Shown here one piece after another: positions 1-13,046 of a stretch of 64,000 nucleotides of DNA (position 1 is its first letter; each line of letters opens with the position of its first letter). Under the pieces are notes generated by a model, which was not told where the DNA came from, made no database searches, and was given only the letters and a program-made list of their open reading frames with translations. This DNA comes from Octopus sinensis (Eukaryota), in assembly GCF_006345805.1 (NCBI RefSeq), contig NC_042997.1, positions 198,896,001-198,960,000 on the forward strand, given 5' to 3'. A program made the translations under genes and the position numbers.

Positions 1-1052
1 AAGTTGCAATATTTGGGTTTCAAACTTGCATATTTTCCCTGCGAGTTGCAAGCTAGTCATTAATTTACAGCAACGCAATATGTATATGCATATATAGAAT
101 TGATCTATGCTGTATTAGACATTTTTTTTTCAGCAACAAGTATATCATATCGTACGATTTTTAATATCTTTTAGTCAATAAGTGAACGGAGTCTTGCAAA
201 GCAATTTGTGATATCTCTTTTTACACATGTTAAATGTAATACAAAGTGCAATATTCTAGATACGCTATATGTTATTGATATTTGACTTAGTAGAGACAAC
301 AAACAATTAAACATATGCAGACCGACGTTAGTCAATAAATAAATAAGAATTTTACCATTTGATAGAAACGAGAACCTAAGATATTGAAATACAGTTGTGA
401 GTTGAAATAATTACTAAAACATTTTATAGCATCAACAAAAAGCAATATTTTACCAGAATTAGTACAAACTTAAGGATATTTATGATTTTGTTAATACAGA
501 CTGATGTTTGACAAGTCAGTTTATGGCAATAATTGTTGTTGTATTTATTTATTTTTTGTGTCTCGGGAGGGTCATTACGCCAGTAATAACATACGCACTG
601 GTTCAATATCACTTCTTTATTGTTAGTCAATTGGTTAAATATGCTATTGTATTTAATTGTTTTCCTTTATGTTTTGAATCCATTTGTCAACGGGATCAAT
701 TTGTATTTTCATTTGCATGATTCCTCTTTGTTACGGAAAATTTCATTCACAAAATAAAGATTAAAAACTAACAGGTCAAAATCACCAGACTTTATGTAAT
801 TATGAAACCTCAAGGTATTCTATGCATTAGTTACTCTTACAACTTATTTCTTTTGTCCAAACCAAATATTTGCTACATGTATTTGGTGCTCTAATGTTCG
901 CTTCAATATATAGTAACTAAACTCGGTCGTCGGGATATCAGAAAATTTTTTAAAAACTCGTCATCAGAAAGTGATATCACCTCTCTCCTATTTTTCTTTT
1001 TTATTTCTCTTTATTTATTTTTTTTTTTTTTGCTGTGGCTCTATACTATATA

Positions 1053-1397
1053 GGCACAGGAGTGACTGTGGGAAGAAGCTTGCTTCCCGACCACATGGCT
1101 CCGGGTTCAGTCCCACTGCGTACCACCTTGGGCAAGTGTCTTCTGCTATAACTTTGGGCCAACCAAAGCCTTGTGAGTGGATTTGGTAGATGGAAACTGA
1201 AAGAAGCCTGTCGTACACACACACACATGTATTTGTGTCTGAGTTTATACCAGCCACCATCGCTTGACATCCGATGTTGTGTTTACGTCCCCGTAACCTA
1301 GTAGTCAGCAAAACAGAGAACTTGGCTGACAATGAATAAGTCCTGATATCGATTTGTTCGACTAAAGGCGGTGTTCCAGCATGGCCGCGGTCAAATG
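1053..1397 (+). mobile_element. tRNA-derived SINE, family A (diverged copy)
   Basis: Head GGCACAGGAGTGACTGTGGG...GGTTCAGTCCC with A/B-box-like motifs. Central CCTTGGGCAAGTGTCTT...GCCTTGTGAGTGGATTTGGTAGA domain is shared with more than 12 other copies in the window. Confidence 0.85.
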
Positions 1398-1764
1398 CAT
1401 TTCCATTCAGTTTGATAACTCTGTTCAATTCTGTGAAATTTTCATTTTGGCTTCCTAAAGTTTTTTTTTTTCAATTATTCTGTTCTACTGTAAAACCAGT
1501 CATTAGCTTCCATTTGTTTCCACCAACTCCTTTTTCATAAGAGACCAAGGAACAAACTACACATATTAACTGCCGAATGTTGGTAATTCAGTTGCAGTTT
1601 TAGGTAATTTTTATTTTTTCACTTATTTATTTATCTTTTGCAATTCTGGAGCCTGTTTTTCTTCCCTTGTTTATTTCTGCCATAGTCATCATTACATATA
1701 TAGAACAATTTAAAACAGAGTTACTTACTTGCAAATAAATGTGTTAACATGTGACATTATTAAC

Positions 1765-2006
1765 CGAGGTTACCGTGGTCTTTTCCGTAGGCTTTTCTTT
1801 CCACGGATAAACCTTATCTGCTTCCCGCTTTACACTTTACATCATGACATTTCTGTGATACACGATCCCTATTGATCGTTTTTTTACCTTTTCTTTTTAC
1901 GATCCCCTTGATCGAAAACCTACCCCACTTTTTTTTCCCCAAAAAGAAAAGCTCTACTTTGTATTTTGTCCCTTCTGTGTTCAGCCCTATGTGGTTAATA
2001 AAGAAA
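1765..2006 (+). mobile_element. Putative LINE 3' UTR remnant whose tail matches the SINE family B tail
   Basis: Ends in TGTCCCTTCTGTGTTCAGCCCTATGTGGTTAATAAAGAAA, similar to the family B tail GTCCCCTCTGTGTTTAGCCCCTTGTGGGTAATAAAGAAA. Upstream sequence is unrelated to the SINE. Confidence 0.45.
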
Positions 2007-2068
2007 CATATATAAACCAAGAGGTGAAAAGGATTAATAAATCCAGGTATATGTCTAGAAAGTACTCA

Positions 2069-2231
2069 GGCGCAGGAGTGGCTGTGTGTTAAGTAGCTTG
2101 TTTACCCACCACATGGTCCCGGGTTCAGTCCCATTGCGTGGCACCTTGGGCAAGTGTCTTCTACTATAGCCTCGGGCCGACCAAGGCCTTGTGAGTGGAT
2201 TTCGTAGACAGAAAACTGAAAGAAGCCCGCC

Positions 2232-2272
<41 letters not shown>

Positions 2273-2489
2273 TGTTTGTGTGTCTGTGTTTGTCCCCCTA
2301 GCATTGCTTGACAACCGATACTGGTGTGTTTATGTCTCCGTTACTTAGCGGTTCGGCAAAAAAAAGACCTATAGAATAAGTACTGGGCTTACAAAAGAAT
2401 AAGTCCCGGGGTCGAGTTGCGCGATTAAAGGCGGTGCTCCAGCATGGCCGCAGTCAGATGACTGAAACAAGTAAAAGAGTAAAAGAGAG
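2069..2489 (+). mobile_element. tRNA-derived SINE, family A, full length
   Basis: GGCGCAGGAGTGGCTGTGTG head, central domain (Meta-SINE-like by recollection), internal (TA)n, GAGTAAAA tandem tail. Confidence 0.9.
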
Positions 2490-2639
2490 TGGTTAAACGA
2501 GCTGGGTTAACTATAACAAACCATCAGCTCACAAGAAATGCAAACAGAATTAACATCCGGAGTAATTCCTCATGTATGACAAGTAGATCCAAAGAGTGTC
2601 AAGAAATTCGGTGTATATGATGACATGAAAAATGGACGG

Positions 2640-3023
2640 GGTACTTTTTGGTTATCTTACCCCCATTTAAAAAACTGCCATTAAAAAACTGGGTTATTTC
2701 CCCACTAAAAAATCGAGTTGATGTGATGACAAGAGGTTGGATTGAAAGAGTTAGATCCTTTTAATTCAACTCTTTTGATTCAACACATTATTGACGTTTA
2801 GTCTCCTCAATAGGCGTGCTATGATTTGTTATAAAAATGTTATCAGATTCAAAAAGATGTTTAATTTTTCTCAGTTTTTTACGTGTTTATTAATTTTTCA
2901 TTTTTTATTTATTGAGGATTAAACATTTTTTTTTTAGGGAGATGACCAAAAGTATCAATATTTCTCGTAAAATGGGGGATATAACCCGATTTTCTAATGG
3001 GAGTGAGATAACCAAAAGGTACC
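2640..3023. mobile_element. MITE with ~28-bp TIRs, Merlin-like
   Basis: Left GGTACTTTTTGGTTATCTTACCCCCATT and right AATGGGAGTGAGATAACCAAAAGGTACC are inverted, with 3 mismatches. Flanks TGGACGG(G)/AGGACGGG form an imperfect 7-8 bp TSD. GGTAC terminus fits the Merlin GGNRM pattern. Confidence 0.75.
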
Positions 3024-3107
3024 AGGACGGGAAAAAAAATCACATCTTTGAATGAAGATTATACCATACATTTAAAGATACGATTTACTCCATTTTTGTT
3101 CGTCTTG

Positions 3108-3144
<37 letters not shown>

Positions 3145-3174
3145 CATACGTGTGTGTGTGTGTATATATATATA

Positions 3175-3585
3175 AGAATATTTTGCGTAATGGGATAAAA
3201 AACCAAGGCTGTGTAGGTATGAGAGCATTTGTAGATAGGTCTTACAGCTGTTTCTAGGATATTTATTAATAATATCCCTTAAACGAAGACGGTGTGAGAG
3301 GATAGTTAAGTCATAGTTTAGATGTGATACAAAATAGAGCGTGAGGTGGAGGAAAGAAAATAGATGCAAGATGTGTATGGATATTGAAGGTGTAAATCCA
3401 TTTTATATGCAGAAGGTCCAACAGAGTTTAAAATGGGTCCTTCCAAATATAGAGTTTATACACCATGTAAGATTTCCTTATTAGTGAGATCTAGCAGTTT
3501 TTAAATTTGGTCATTCCAAGTAGAGAATTTATATATAGTGTTGCAAAGTCAAAGGCTTATTTATTTAAAGTAACCTAAATATACA
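3175..3585 (-). mobile_element. Degenerate Penelope-like element remnant with a decayed hammerhead-like motif
   Basis: Minus strand reads GTCTT-CGTTTAA-GGGATAT...ATATCCT-A-GAAACAGCTGTA-AGAC (about 3239-3290). Stems and the GAAA half are intact, but CUGANGA is lost. Abuts (TA)n. Confidence 0.4.
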
Positions 3586-3590
3586 ATATA

Positions 3591-3986
3591 CTAGCAGTAT
3601 CGCCCGGCGTTGCTCGGGTTTGTAAGGGAAATAACTATATAAGCATTTTTAGAGAGTTATAGCCAAAAAATAGCAAAAAATGCATTAAAAATGGGAAAGA
3701 AATGATGGTAATTTTTTTTTTAAATCGTTGACTCATCGTAGACATTTTTAGAGAGTTACTTCCCTTATATAATAGCGAAAAAAATGCATTAAAATGGGAA
3801 AAAATGATGGTAAATTTTATTTTAAATCGTAGACTCATCGTAGACGTGCGCTAATACCCAGAAGGGCTCGATATGAATCACGACTATAAGATACCCGGTT
3901 TTGGTTAAACTGCACCGCAAAATGTGGGAGTAGTTAGGAATCTAAATCGTAGGAGACACACACAACTTGACTTTTATATATAAAGA
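3591..3986 (-). mobile_element. Non-autonomous Helitron, family H1
   Basis: On the minus strand: 5' TCTTTATATATAAAA, 3' hairpin CCCGAGCAACGCCGGG followed by CTAG. Inserted between A and T with no TSD. Confidence 0.85.
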
Positions 3987-4794
3987 TATATATATTACTG
4001 CAGTGGACTAGATAAACAAATGCAAAAATTCAGGAGATTCATATTCTGTTTATTTTTGACTGGTTACGAAAGGGGTAAATGGAATATAAGAAAAAATGTC
4101 AGGAACAAGAAAACAGCGAAAATGATGGAAGACAACAAAACTAAGAATTAATACAACACGTGTAAAATACAAAAGATCACAAACTATGATGACAAGAAGC
4201 TTCTGTTCTCGATGAATAAGCTGATCGAATGGTTTAGAAATGGTTTAGCTATATATTTATGGCGCTTAAAATTAGCCACATAAGCAAGTCTACCATGTAT
4301 TTCAGATTCTTCGCTTCGGCTACTATAATCAAAGCTTATATTGGTCAAATACACCAATAATGTATTCCACCGACTTGTAGTATATGTTTTGGAGATTTAA
4401 CGAAATGTTTTTCTTTCAATGCATAATGAACACACAACATCTAATAGTTTCTCTCTTGAAATTATATGGAAGATCACGCTCGAAACGTATAATTTTGCTA
4501 CACAGAGAATTTTAAATACGTTCCTTTACACACCGGTGAGAAAGTCTGTAGCAAGCTTGCACACACATCTCTTCATAATGTGTTCATCCTCTCTGTTTCT
4601 TTTTTTGTTTTTTACTTCTCCGTTTTACTTCTTTTCTTCTCATTTTTTCAAATTCCACAATCGTTCGTTAACAGTGGAGTCTCGAGCAATATTATGTAGA
4701 AAACACAATGACAGCTGAAGACGAAAAGACAGCGTATATTTCAAAATAGGACTAATACAATTGTCATGAAGTTCATATTCTGATATTGCGATTG

Positions 4795-5073
4795 CTATAT
4801 ATACATATATACATACATGCATACATACATACGTGTGTGTATACACACACACGCATATACACGCGCATATGTATATGTATGCGTATATGTGTATGTATGC
4901 ATATATGTGTATTTGTATGTCTATATATATGTTTATATATGTGTATATATATATGTATATATATATACGTGTGTCTATACATATATACACACACATGCAT
5001 ATATATGTATGCGTATATATGTGTGTGCATATATATGTATATGTATGCGTATATATGTGTGCACATATATGTG

Positions 5074-5120
<47 letters not shown>

Positions 5121-5272
5121 GTGTGTATATATGGTTGTATATTTACGTAAAGATAAATGTGCACATGTGTAGATATATATATGTGTGTGCGTATATGCAT
5201 GACTGTGTATGCATAGATGTATGTTTATATACTCATATTTTGTAGATATATATGTATGTATGTGTGTGTGTG
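4795..5272. repeat. Complex (TA)n/(TG)n/(CA)n microsatellite
   Basis: Alternating purine-pyrimidine low-complexity tract. It is the source of several spurious YI/HT/CV ORFs. Confidence 0.95.
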
Positions 5273-5734
5273 AAATAGCCACGGATTGTGGATTTGCCAT
5301 TTTAGCAATCTCAGCAATTTAACATTTTAATGTAGTATCTATCAAACATTTGTGTTATAAGCGCAATGACACTGATTGCAATTTTAATTACTCCAGTGTT
5401 TTTTGTTGTTGTTTTTTTTTTACACTCAAGCAATTGCCTTGACAAAGAATCTAAAATGATGTTGTTGTTTTTTTTTTTTAAGCGAAATCAGACACGTGAG
5501 AGAAATGCCGCTAGGTTTAATATTCCAATTTTCTTGAGTATTTGTAACTATTTAAATGAAATAGAAATAATTAATGGACGTGTCAGTTTAAAAAGAAAAA
5601 TCCGTTTGATTTCGGCGGTGATGAAATAGTATAGTTTACCTAATCGCACACTGGAATTCACATAACACTCTATGAAACAATTTGCTGGTGAACTCTGGGA
5701 TTTTCTTTTCATATTGTAATGCAGTTACTAAAAG

Positions 5735-6231
5735 TAAAATAAATGCGCCCTGTTAAAGCCTAGCCAGGCTCATGGGCCCGGTTTTCTGGTTTCAATGGCG
5801 TATGTGTTCCCCAGCTGGATGGGATGCCAGTCCATCGCAGTGTTACTCATTTTTGCCAGCTGAGTGGACTGGAGCAACAGGAAATGAAGTGTTTTGCTCA
5901 AGAACACAGCGCGTCGCCCGGTCCTGAAATCGAAACCACAATCTTACGATCATGATGCTGACAACCTAACCCCTAAGCCACTTGCCTCCACTGCGCCCTT
6001 TTAAATCCTAGCCAGGCTCATGGGCCCGGTTTCTATGGCGTATGTCTTCCCCAGCTGGATGGGATGCCAGTCCATCGTAGTGTTACTCATTTTTGCCAGC
6101 TGAGTGGACTGGAGCAACAGGAAATGAAGTGTTTTGCTCAAGAACACAACGCGTCGCCCGGTCCAGGAATCGAAACCACAATCTTACGGTCATGATGCTG
6201 ACACCCTAACCACTAAGCCACGCGCCTCCAC
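5735..6231 (-). mobile_element. Head-to-tail dimer of a tRNA-derived SINE (family C; CORE-like plus V-domain-like)
   Basis: Two ~240-bp near-identical units. Minus-strand head GGAGGCGCGTGGCTTAGTGGTTAGGG...GGTTTCGATTCC, with GTGTTCTTGAGCAAAACACTT and GATGGACTGGCATCCCATCCAG motifs. TSD AATGCAG(T/C)TACT flanks the whole dimer. Confidence 0.88.
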
Positions 6232-6522
6232 AATGCAGCTACTGCTGGGTTATTATTCAACTAAACATTAAATGAACTACAATATGCAAATTACAGGGAA
6301 TTAGTTCTTGATTGTGTATTCAATGAAGCCAAAAATATGCTGGAGTATATTTTTTTGAAAACACGAGTAGCTCTGTGTGTGTGTGTGTGTTTTATGTGTG
6401 TGCATGTAGGGGTGCGTGCAAGTATGTGTGCGTGAGTACGTGTGGGCATGTTCTGTGTATGTGTGTGTCTATATGCATGCATATACAAGTATGCGTGTTT
6501 GTATGCATGAGTGTGCGTGTGG

Positions 6523-6730
6523 ATGACCGCGTGTGTATCGTTGGCGATTTTCTTTCTCCGTCTTCCCTTCCTTGGACTTTTCCTTTTTCTTTGTTTCTGA
6601 CGAAGAGCTGCGCTCGAAACGTTAAATCCTCCTCCTTCTTTCTTTCCTTTCCTGAACGTCCAATAACACTATACTTGTTCCACGTCCTCGCGTTGTTGTG
6701 TTTTATGTTTGTTCATGTTTGGATTAACTA
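6523..6730 (+). mobile_element. Short Penelope-like (pLTR-type) element with a minimal hammerhead motif
   Basis: Homologous to 19394-19584. Contains CTGACGA-A-GAGC-TGC-GCTC-GAAACGTT (6597-6623). Flanked by microsatellites. Confidence 0.65.
6594..6626 (+). ncRNA. Minimal type I hammerhead ribozyme motif
   Basis: CUGACGA core, GAGC/GCUC stem II, GAAA, palindromic ACGU stem III. Stem I is weak (3 A-U pairs). Confidence 0.55.
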
Positions 6731-7949
6731 GATAGATAGATAGATAGATAGACAGACGCACTTTTTTCACACGTTTATAAACGATGTTGTGAAAATACAG
6801 TTGTTTTAATCATAGGTCAGTTTTCATGATCAATGGTGTTCCAAGTACTTATGGAACTATTTCTATCTAAGAATAAGCTTGTGTGTCTCTGTGGACAAAC
6901 TTTCGATATTGGTACAAGACGTCATTCACCCACACGACCTTCCTTCATGACATAAAGAAGCTAAGCTGAAAAAGAGGGTGAAAGATCACCTCTACATGTG
7001 ACTCTGTTTTGACTAATGATAAGCTCATAACTCTTATTCGCCAACAGTTAATTAATGAATCTTCTCTACGTAGAGTTAGAAGAAGGCTCGCTTCTATGTG
7101 TGACTCAATTTTGTAAAATTAATCGCTATGTGTAATTGAATGTGTCTGTACAGAAGCAAATGAGCTGGAACTGTTAAAGATGTTTTGCTAACGACATATT
7201 TGTATTAATCTTCGTTTCGGGAATTGAAGTGTATATATTCTGGGAACTGAAGTATGTATATGTGTGTAAACACATTTCATTTAGTGAGCTCCAAGCAGAA
7301 TATTTGGATACTTCCACTCAAGCTCTGTCTTTATCTAAAATTTCTTGTTAATTGTATCAGATAATGAAAGCAAAACATGCGCGAATCCTATTCAACAACG
7401 TACGTTCAATGCTCAAGATATTTGACAATATGATGTTTCAATTGTAATTATTTACAACCACCTCTTCTATAATTACTGAGGTTAAGCAACGTAGCATCTT
7501 CGCTTTTTAAGTCTTTTCACTGTGTCTTTTACTGTTTCAGGCAAAATGGATAACAAAGTAACATACGCTGTATAATTTCCTTTATTATTTTCTTGTTCAC
7601 TTAGTTATGTGCCTATTATAGACACCGGATACGTGAAGCTGGCTCGTTCCACTTACTGGCTTCACTTCTATCATGTGCTACGAAGAATTTTCAGTACTTT
7701 CATAATGAGATATTGAAAATGTATTATATATATAGGTAATAATGAATCCACGAAAAATTTTCGCCTAGTTCTGATATATATATATATATAATATATATAT
7801 ATATTATCAGATTGCCTGTTGCGGAATTACGTCAAATTTATAAGGATTCATATTTTTTTCTCCCCAATAAATAACAATTTCAATGTTCCATTATCTTAAT
7901 TTCATAAAACGAAGAGCAATACTTACCCAAATGTGCCCCTCCCCACCAA

Positions 7950-8603
7950 ATCTGTTTCTTCATAACTTCCAGGAAAATAGATATTTTTAATGAAATTTTC
8001 TACAAATATACTTCAGATTGCGTAGATTCAGATTATATGGGAATTTGTTGTGAAAACATTTCCAGTGGATGGGGAGAAGAGTTTCAGAAAATTCACATGA
8101 GTCGGATTTGTTTCCTTGTAATTTTCAGAAAAATTAATATTTTTTTTTTTTTTTTAATGAAATTTTCTGTAAATACCTTTCAGAGTGTGTAGATCACGAT
8201 TATATCGGAATTTAATATGAGAAAAATGGTGGCTTGCACACAAACACACACACACTGACATATAATCACATATACCTACAAAATGAAACTTGAAATTTTG
8301 TCAAAAATTGTGATCTGTGTCACCGTGCTCACCGTCTTCCTTTTCACATCAAATTCTGCTATAATCGTAATCTATACACTCTGAAAGGTATTTGTAGAAA
8401 ATTTCATTAAAAAATACCCATTTTTCAGAAAGTTATGAGGAAACAAAATCAACTCGAATGAATTTTTAGAAACTCCTCTCACTACCTCCAGAACATTTTT
8501 TACAAGAAATTTCGATATAATCGGAATCTATTCCATCTAAAGCGTATTTGTAGAAAATTTCATTTTTAAATATCCATTTTCCAGGAAGTTTAAGAAAACA
8601 AAG
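7950..8603. repeat. Long imperfect inverted repeat (foldback/MITE-like), each arm with two sub-repeats
   Basis: Left arm about 7950-8232 has TTAATGAAATTTTCT.AAATA..TTCAGA twice. Right arm about 8331-8603 has the reverse complement TATTTGTAGAAAATTTCATT twice. Spacer is about 100 bp. Confidence 0.75.
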
Positions 8604-8765
8604 TCAGGTAGAATCACCCTTGTGTACGTTCACCAAATGAAGGTTATGTTTTCCACATTTTTTTAAAAAGCATGGCTGTGTGATTTGAAAGGTAATTTCT
8701 CAACCAGTCGCACGGCACAGCACTTGAGAAAGTGTCTTCTGCTATGGCTCCGTCCGACTAATACC

Positions 8766-8997
8766 TATTTCTTTACTACCGGCAAGGGACTAAACACAGA
8801 GGGTACAAATTAGGACAGACAGACGGATTAAGTCGATTATATCGACCCCAGTGCGTCACTGGTACTTATTTAATCGACCCCGAAAGGATGAAAGGCAAAG
8901 TCGACCTCGATGGAATTTGAACTCAGAACGTAGCGACAGACGAAATACCGCTAAGCATTTCGCCCGGCGCGCTAACGTTTCTGCCAGCTCGCCGCCC
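8766..8997 (-). mobile_element. SINE family B (Nin/Deu-domain-like) nested in a decayed family A copy
   Basis: GGCGGCGAGCTGGCAGAAACGTTAGC head and GTCGACTTTGCCTTTCATCCTTTCGGGGTCGA domain. TSD CTCCGTCCGACTAATACC on both sides. Host is an old family A copy at about 8670-9290. Confidence 0.9.
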
Positions 8998-9641
8998 TCC
9001 GTCCGACTAATACCTTGCCAATGAATGTAGTAGACGGGCGATTACTGCAGGATTCGTGTGTGTGTGTGTGTGTGTGTGTGTGAGTGAGAGAGAGAGAGAG
9101 AGAGAGAAAAACCAGTTTTAGTTTGTTACATTCTCGTAATTCAGAAATTCAGCAAAAAAAAAAACACGATAAAATAAGTATCAATCTTTTAAAGATTATT
9201 TAGGCAATGAGGCTGATTTGATGGATTAAAACCTTTCAAGGCGATGCCCCAGCATGGTCGTAGTTTAATGACTGAAACAAGTGGAAAAAGCAAATACTTA
9301 AGAATTCTCTTCGGAATTAAAGCCAATAACAGTTATTCATTGTCGTGAAATCCACACAATTAACTTCAAACGAGAGATGCATTGATTAAATTATATGCAA
9401 ATACTGATCTCGGAGCGGATTGCTTTAGCGTATTTTAAGCATCCTTACTGTGTTTGTGTCACAAAACAAATGTATTTTGTAGCAGAGGAGCATACAGAGC
9501 TAATTGTTCTTCTATGACAAATAATGTTTCAAGCTAAACAGAGAGAAAAATTCCTTGTTGTGAATCAGCATTAATCCAGTGTACGAGGCTGCAGTCAATA
9601 TTTATAACACTTATTCATATTGTCATTGTCCTTCTGTTGGT

Positions 9642-10049
9642 TTACTCGTTTACTCTTTTACTTGTTTCAGTCATTTGACTGCGGCCATGCTGGAGCACCG
9701 CCTTTAGGCGAGCAAATCGACCCCGGGACTTATTCTTTGTAAGCCCAGTACTTATTCTATCGGTCTCTTTTTGCCGAACCGCTCAGTGACGGGGACGTAA
9801 ACACACCAGCATCGGTTGTCAAGCAATGCTAGGTGGACAAACACAGACACACAAACACACACACATACATATATATATACATATATACGACAGGCTTCTT
9901 TCAGTTTCCGTCTACCAAATCCACTCACAAGGCATTGGTCAGCCCGGGGCTATAGCAGAAGACACTTGCCCAAGATGCCACGCAGTAGGACTGAACCCGG
10001 AACCATGTGGTTGGTTAGCAAGCTACTTACCACACAGCCACTCCTGCGC
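9642..10049 (-). mobile_element. SINE family A, full length
   Basis: Reverse complement of the 14459 copy, sharing diagnostic variants (GCATCTTGGG, CCCCGGG, AATGCC). Confidence 0.9.
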
Positions 10050-10608
10050 CGTTTATTCCTTTCGCATGTAAATTGTTACTCAAAAATAAAGCATCTGAAT
10101 ATTGAAGAGAGAAAGGATGCAAGAAAAATGGATTTCAAAAGTTAAAGAAAGAAAATATCATCTTGAATAACAGTTTCAGGCATTTTTCATATATATATAT
10201 ATAGAAGTCCGGTAAAAGTGATCGGTTGTGTAAGCACCAGGTTTTAAAAAATGTAGTCATCGATTCACTCGACCAAAAGTTCTTCAAGGCGGTGTCCCAG
10301 CATAGGGTAAACGCACACACACATACATATATATTAACCGGTGTTGTTCAAACGATGAATAGCTTAGCGTAAAGCATTGGTTCGTTTTGTTCTCTTACTT
10401 TATCATCATCTTATAAGCATCTTATAATGACTTTTATGACTCGTATTACTACCTCAGTCAATCTAAATGTATATATTTGTCGTTACCTGTCATAAATAGC
10501 CTTTTTCTATTTGCAATATGCATTTTCGTTGATTTTTCATATTTTACCCTTACATTTCCACGTGTATTTTATATTTTCTTTTAGTAACATATTTCTACTA
10601 TATATATA

Positions 10609-10660
<52 letters not shown>

Positions 10661-10729
10661 TTGGGAGTTGGTGAGTGTGTTAAATTATAAGGCACAAAAC
10701 GAAAATGACTCTCCCCAGACAGAACAGAG

Positions 10730-10763
<34 letters not shown>

Positions 10764-10943
10764 ATATATATATATGATATACACATACAGAATTCATTTC
10801 ATCAATATAATGTTAGCAAGTCAACGATTGGTTGTCTTCGTTGCGTTTTCTCTGCGTATTATATTGTTGAGTTGGAGTTTTCTTTCAAATTCTGGAAGCA
10901 TAAATTGGTTTGTTATTTCTTCTGTGGTCAATAACATATATAT

Positions 10944-10998
<55 letters not shown>

Positions 10999-11620
10999 AA
11001 GGTAAAAATATAAATCTGATGTCCCTCCCACCTCTACATACAGAAGATCCATTATTTAATAGCTGGCCAATAAGAGTTATGATCATATTATTAGTTATAT
11101 AAACTTGATATACTTGTCACTGTAGTATATGATTGACGACTAATCGATACTTTCAAATAAGATTTAGTAAATTGCCTGCACGTGTGGTTATTATAGCTTC
11201 AAATATGTTTACCCATATTATTTCCTTCTGAAATATTTTATTTTGTAATTAAAAACTGATTTTCTATTAAACGGATCTTTACGTTTATGATTGGGAATCA
11301 TTGTCTGATAGCATTGAGTTCATTGTATTTTCTTTATTCATAAAGAACGTCATCTAATAATGATACGGGGAGAGGAATAATTTTTAATCATCAAAATAAA
11401 ATTCATTTCGAGTCGTTTTTTCCAAGATGATTAACAATGCGCTTTGCACATCAGGTTTGGTTCAGTGATACACATAATGTCAACGATGCATGTAAATCTT
11501 GAATTGAAATCCAATTTTGTATGAAGAGTACAAAATAAGAAGAAATTTAGAAGTAAATATGGCTTCTTTGCGTAACTGTACTAAGCGATTTGTATTTTAC
11601 TCTGCAACGGTTACTGTTAT

Positions 11621-11938
11621 GGAGGCGCAATGGCCCAGTGGTTAGGGCAGCAGACTCGCGGTCGGAGGATCGTGGTTTCGATTCCCAGACCGGGCGTTGT
11701 GTGTGTTTATTGAGCGAAAACACCTAAAGCTCCACGAGGCTCCGGCAAGGGGTGATGGCGAACCCCGTTGTACTCTTTCGCCCCAACTTTCTCTCACTCT
11801 TTCTTCCTGTTTCTTGAGTAAAGGTGCGATGGACTGGCGCCCCGTCCAGCTGCGGGGGAAAACATACGCCACAGAAACCGAGAAACCGGGTCCATGAGCC
11901 TGGCTAGGCTTGAAAAGGGCGCATAAATAAATAAATAA
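11621..11938 (+). mobile_element. tRNA-derived SINE family C variant (V-domain-like)
   Basis: GGAGGCGCAATGGCCCAGTGGTTAGGG...GGTTTCGATTCCC head, GCGATGGACTGGCGCCCCGTCCAG motif, (TAAA)n tail, TSD GGTTACTGTTA. Confidence 0.9.
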
Positions 11939-13046
11939 TGGTTACTGTTAAGCAGAGTCTATCAAACACTTAGTAACTCGCAAATTGCTTTAAAATAAGT
12001 AAACTCATGAATATTCTAAATGATCGTAGATTTCATTTTTGGAGGCAAAAAAAGTCTTGATGTCTATAGCGAGTTGCTTCGAGTATTTGGTCGTATTTTC
12101 TTATTTTCAATTTAAAGAACAATAAATTAAGTTCCGTTATATGACTACCATCAGGAGCGGGGTATTATCCAGCTGGAATTGAATACTGGAAAGTTGTTCA
12201 AACACATTGACATTAAAATAGTTTTTTTTCCAAGTAAGCTGCATTTCTGTTCATTTTGCTTGAAACATTTCTAGCAATCTTTATAGACTATTTTCTAAAT
12301 ATTTTCCATCTGCCCCGACTCCTCTCCCTAAGGGCAACTGTCCGAAACGTTGAACTTACTTTACAGCGGAGAAGTAAAATAAACTATGTATAATGAACAT
12401 TTTTTTCTTTTTTATGTTTTTGCCTGAGATCTAGCTAATTCAACAAAGAAGCATCTAACTCGATCAGCTAGAAATAGCAGTTACATCTGCTTTAACATAC
12501 ATCCCACCAGCTTAGAAAAGGAAGGTTATATGAATGATGTAGTCCTACATATATTATGCTTGTAAATAAAATTGTCTACTAATAAGGCCACGGTTGGAAA
12601 GTGTTTCATCGAATGTTTTCTCAGTTCGGGCTGCCCTGAGGTAAACAACAACAAATGTTTTTTTTACAGACTTGTCTGCTACACAACAACCTAAATATAT
12701 TTCTTTAATTAACCATTTTTTACTTTTTGTTTGTTTTTAAACATTTAAGTGTTAACTATATCATGTATCTTTCCTGTCGACATAGACTTCTACATTTCTT
12801 ACATTATTATAGCTTGTTAGTTTCCTCTTGTTAATTACATGTATTAAAGATTTTGATAACAAGAATTCCGAAGACTACCAGATGGGTGTTAACTGCCTGC
12901 TTTAGGTTTTCTCATATTGGCAGGTTAATTTGCTTACCATCGTAGTTTACAAAAGATAAAACTTATATTTACAATAGTGAAGTACTCAGATTAAAAATAT
13001 ATTCACCTTTCACATAGAATTCTGCGTTTAAATTTGTATATAAATA

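Noticed and set aside
4640-5300. Overlapping YI/HT/CV-rich ORFs (also at 18.2, 22 and 23.6 kb)
   Set aside because: Dinucleotide repeats lack stop codons, so these are artefacts.
7541-7575. Strong plus-strand acceptor followed by ATG (MDNKVTYAV*)
   Set aside because: Isolated signal with a weak donor, not distinguishable from chance.
11621-11695. tRNA gene
   Set aside because: The tRNA-like head continues into a SINE body, tail and TSD. It has no proper acceptor stem or terminator.
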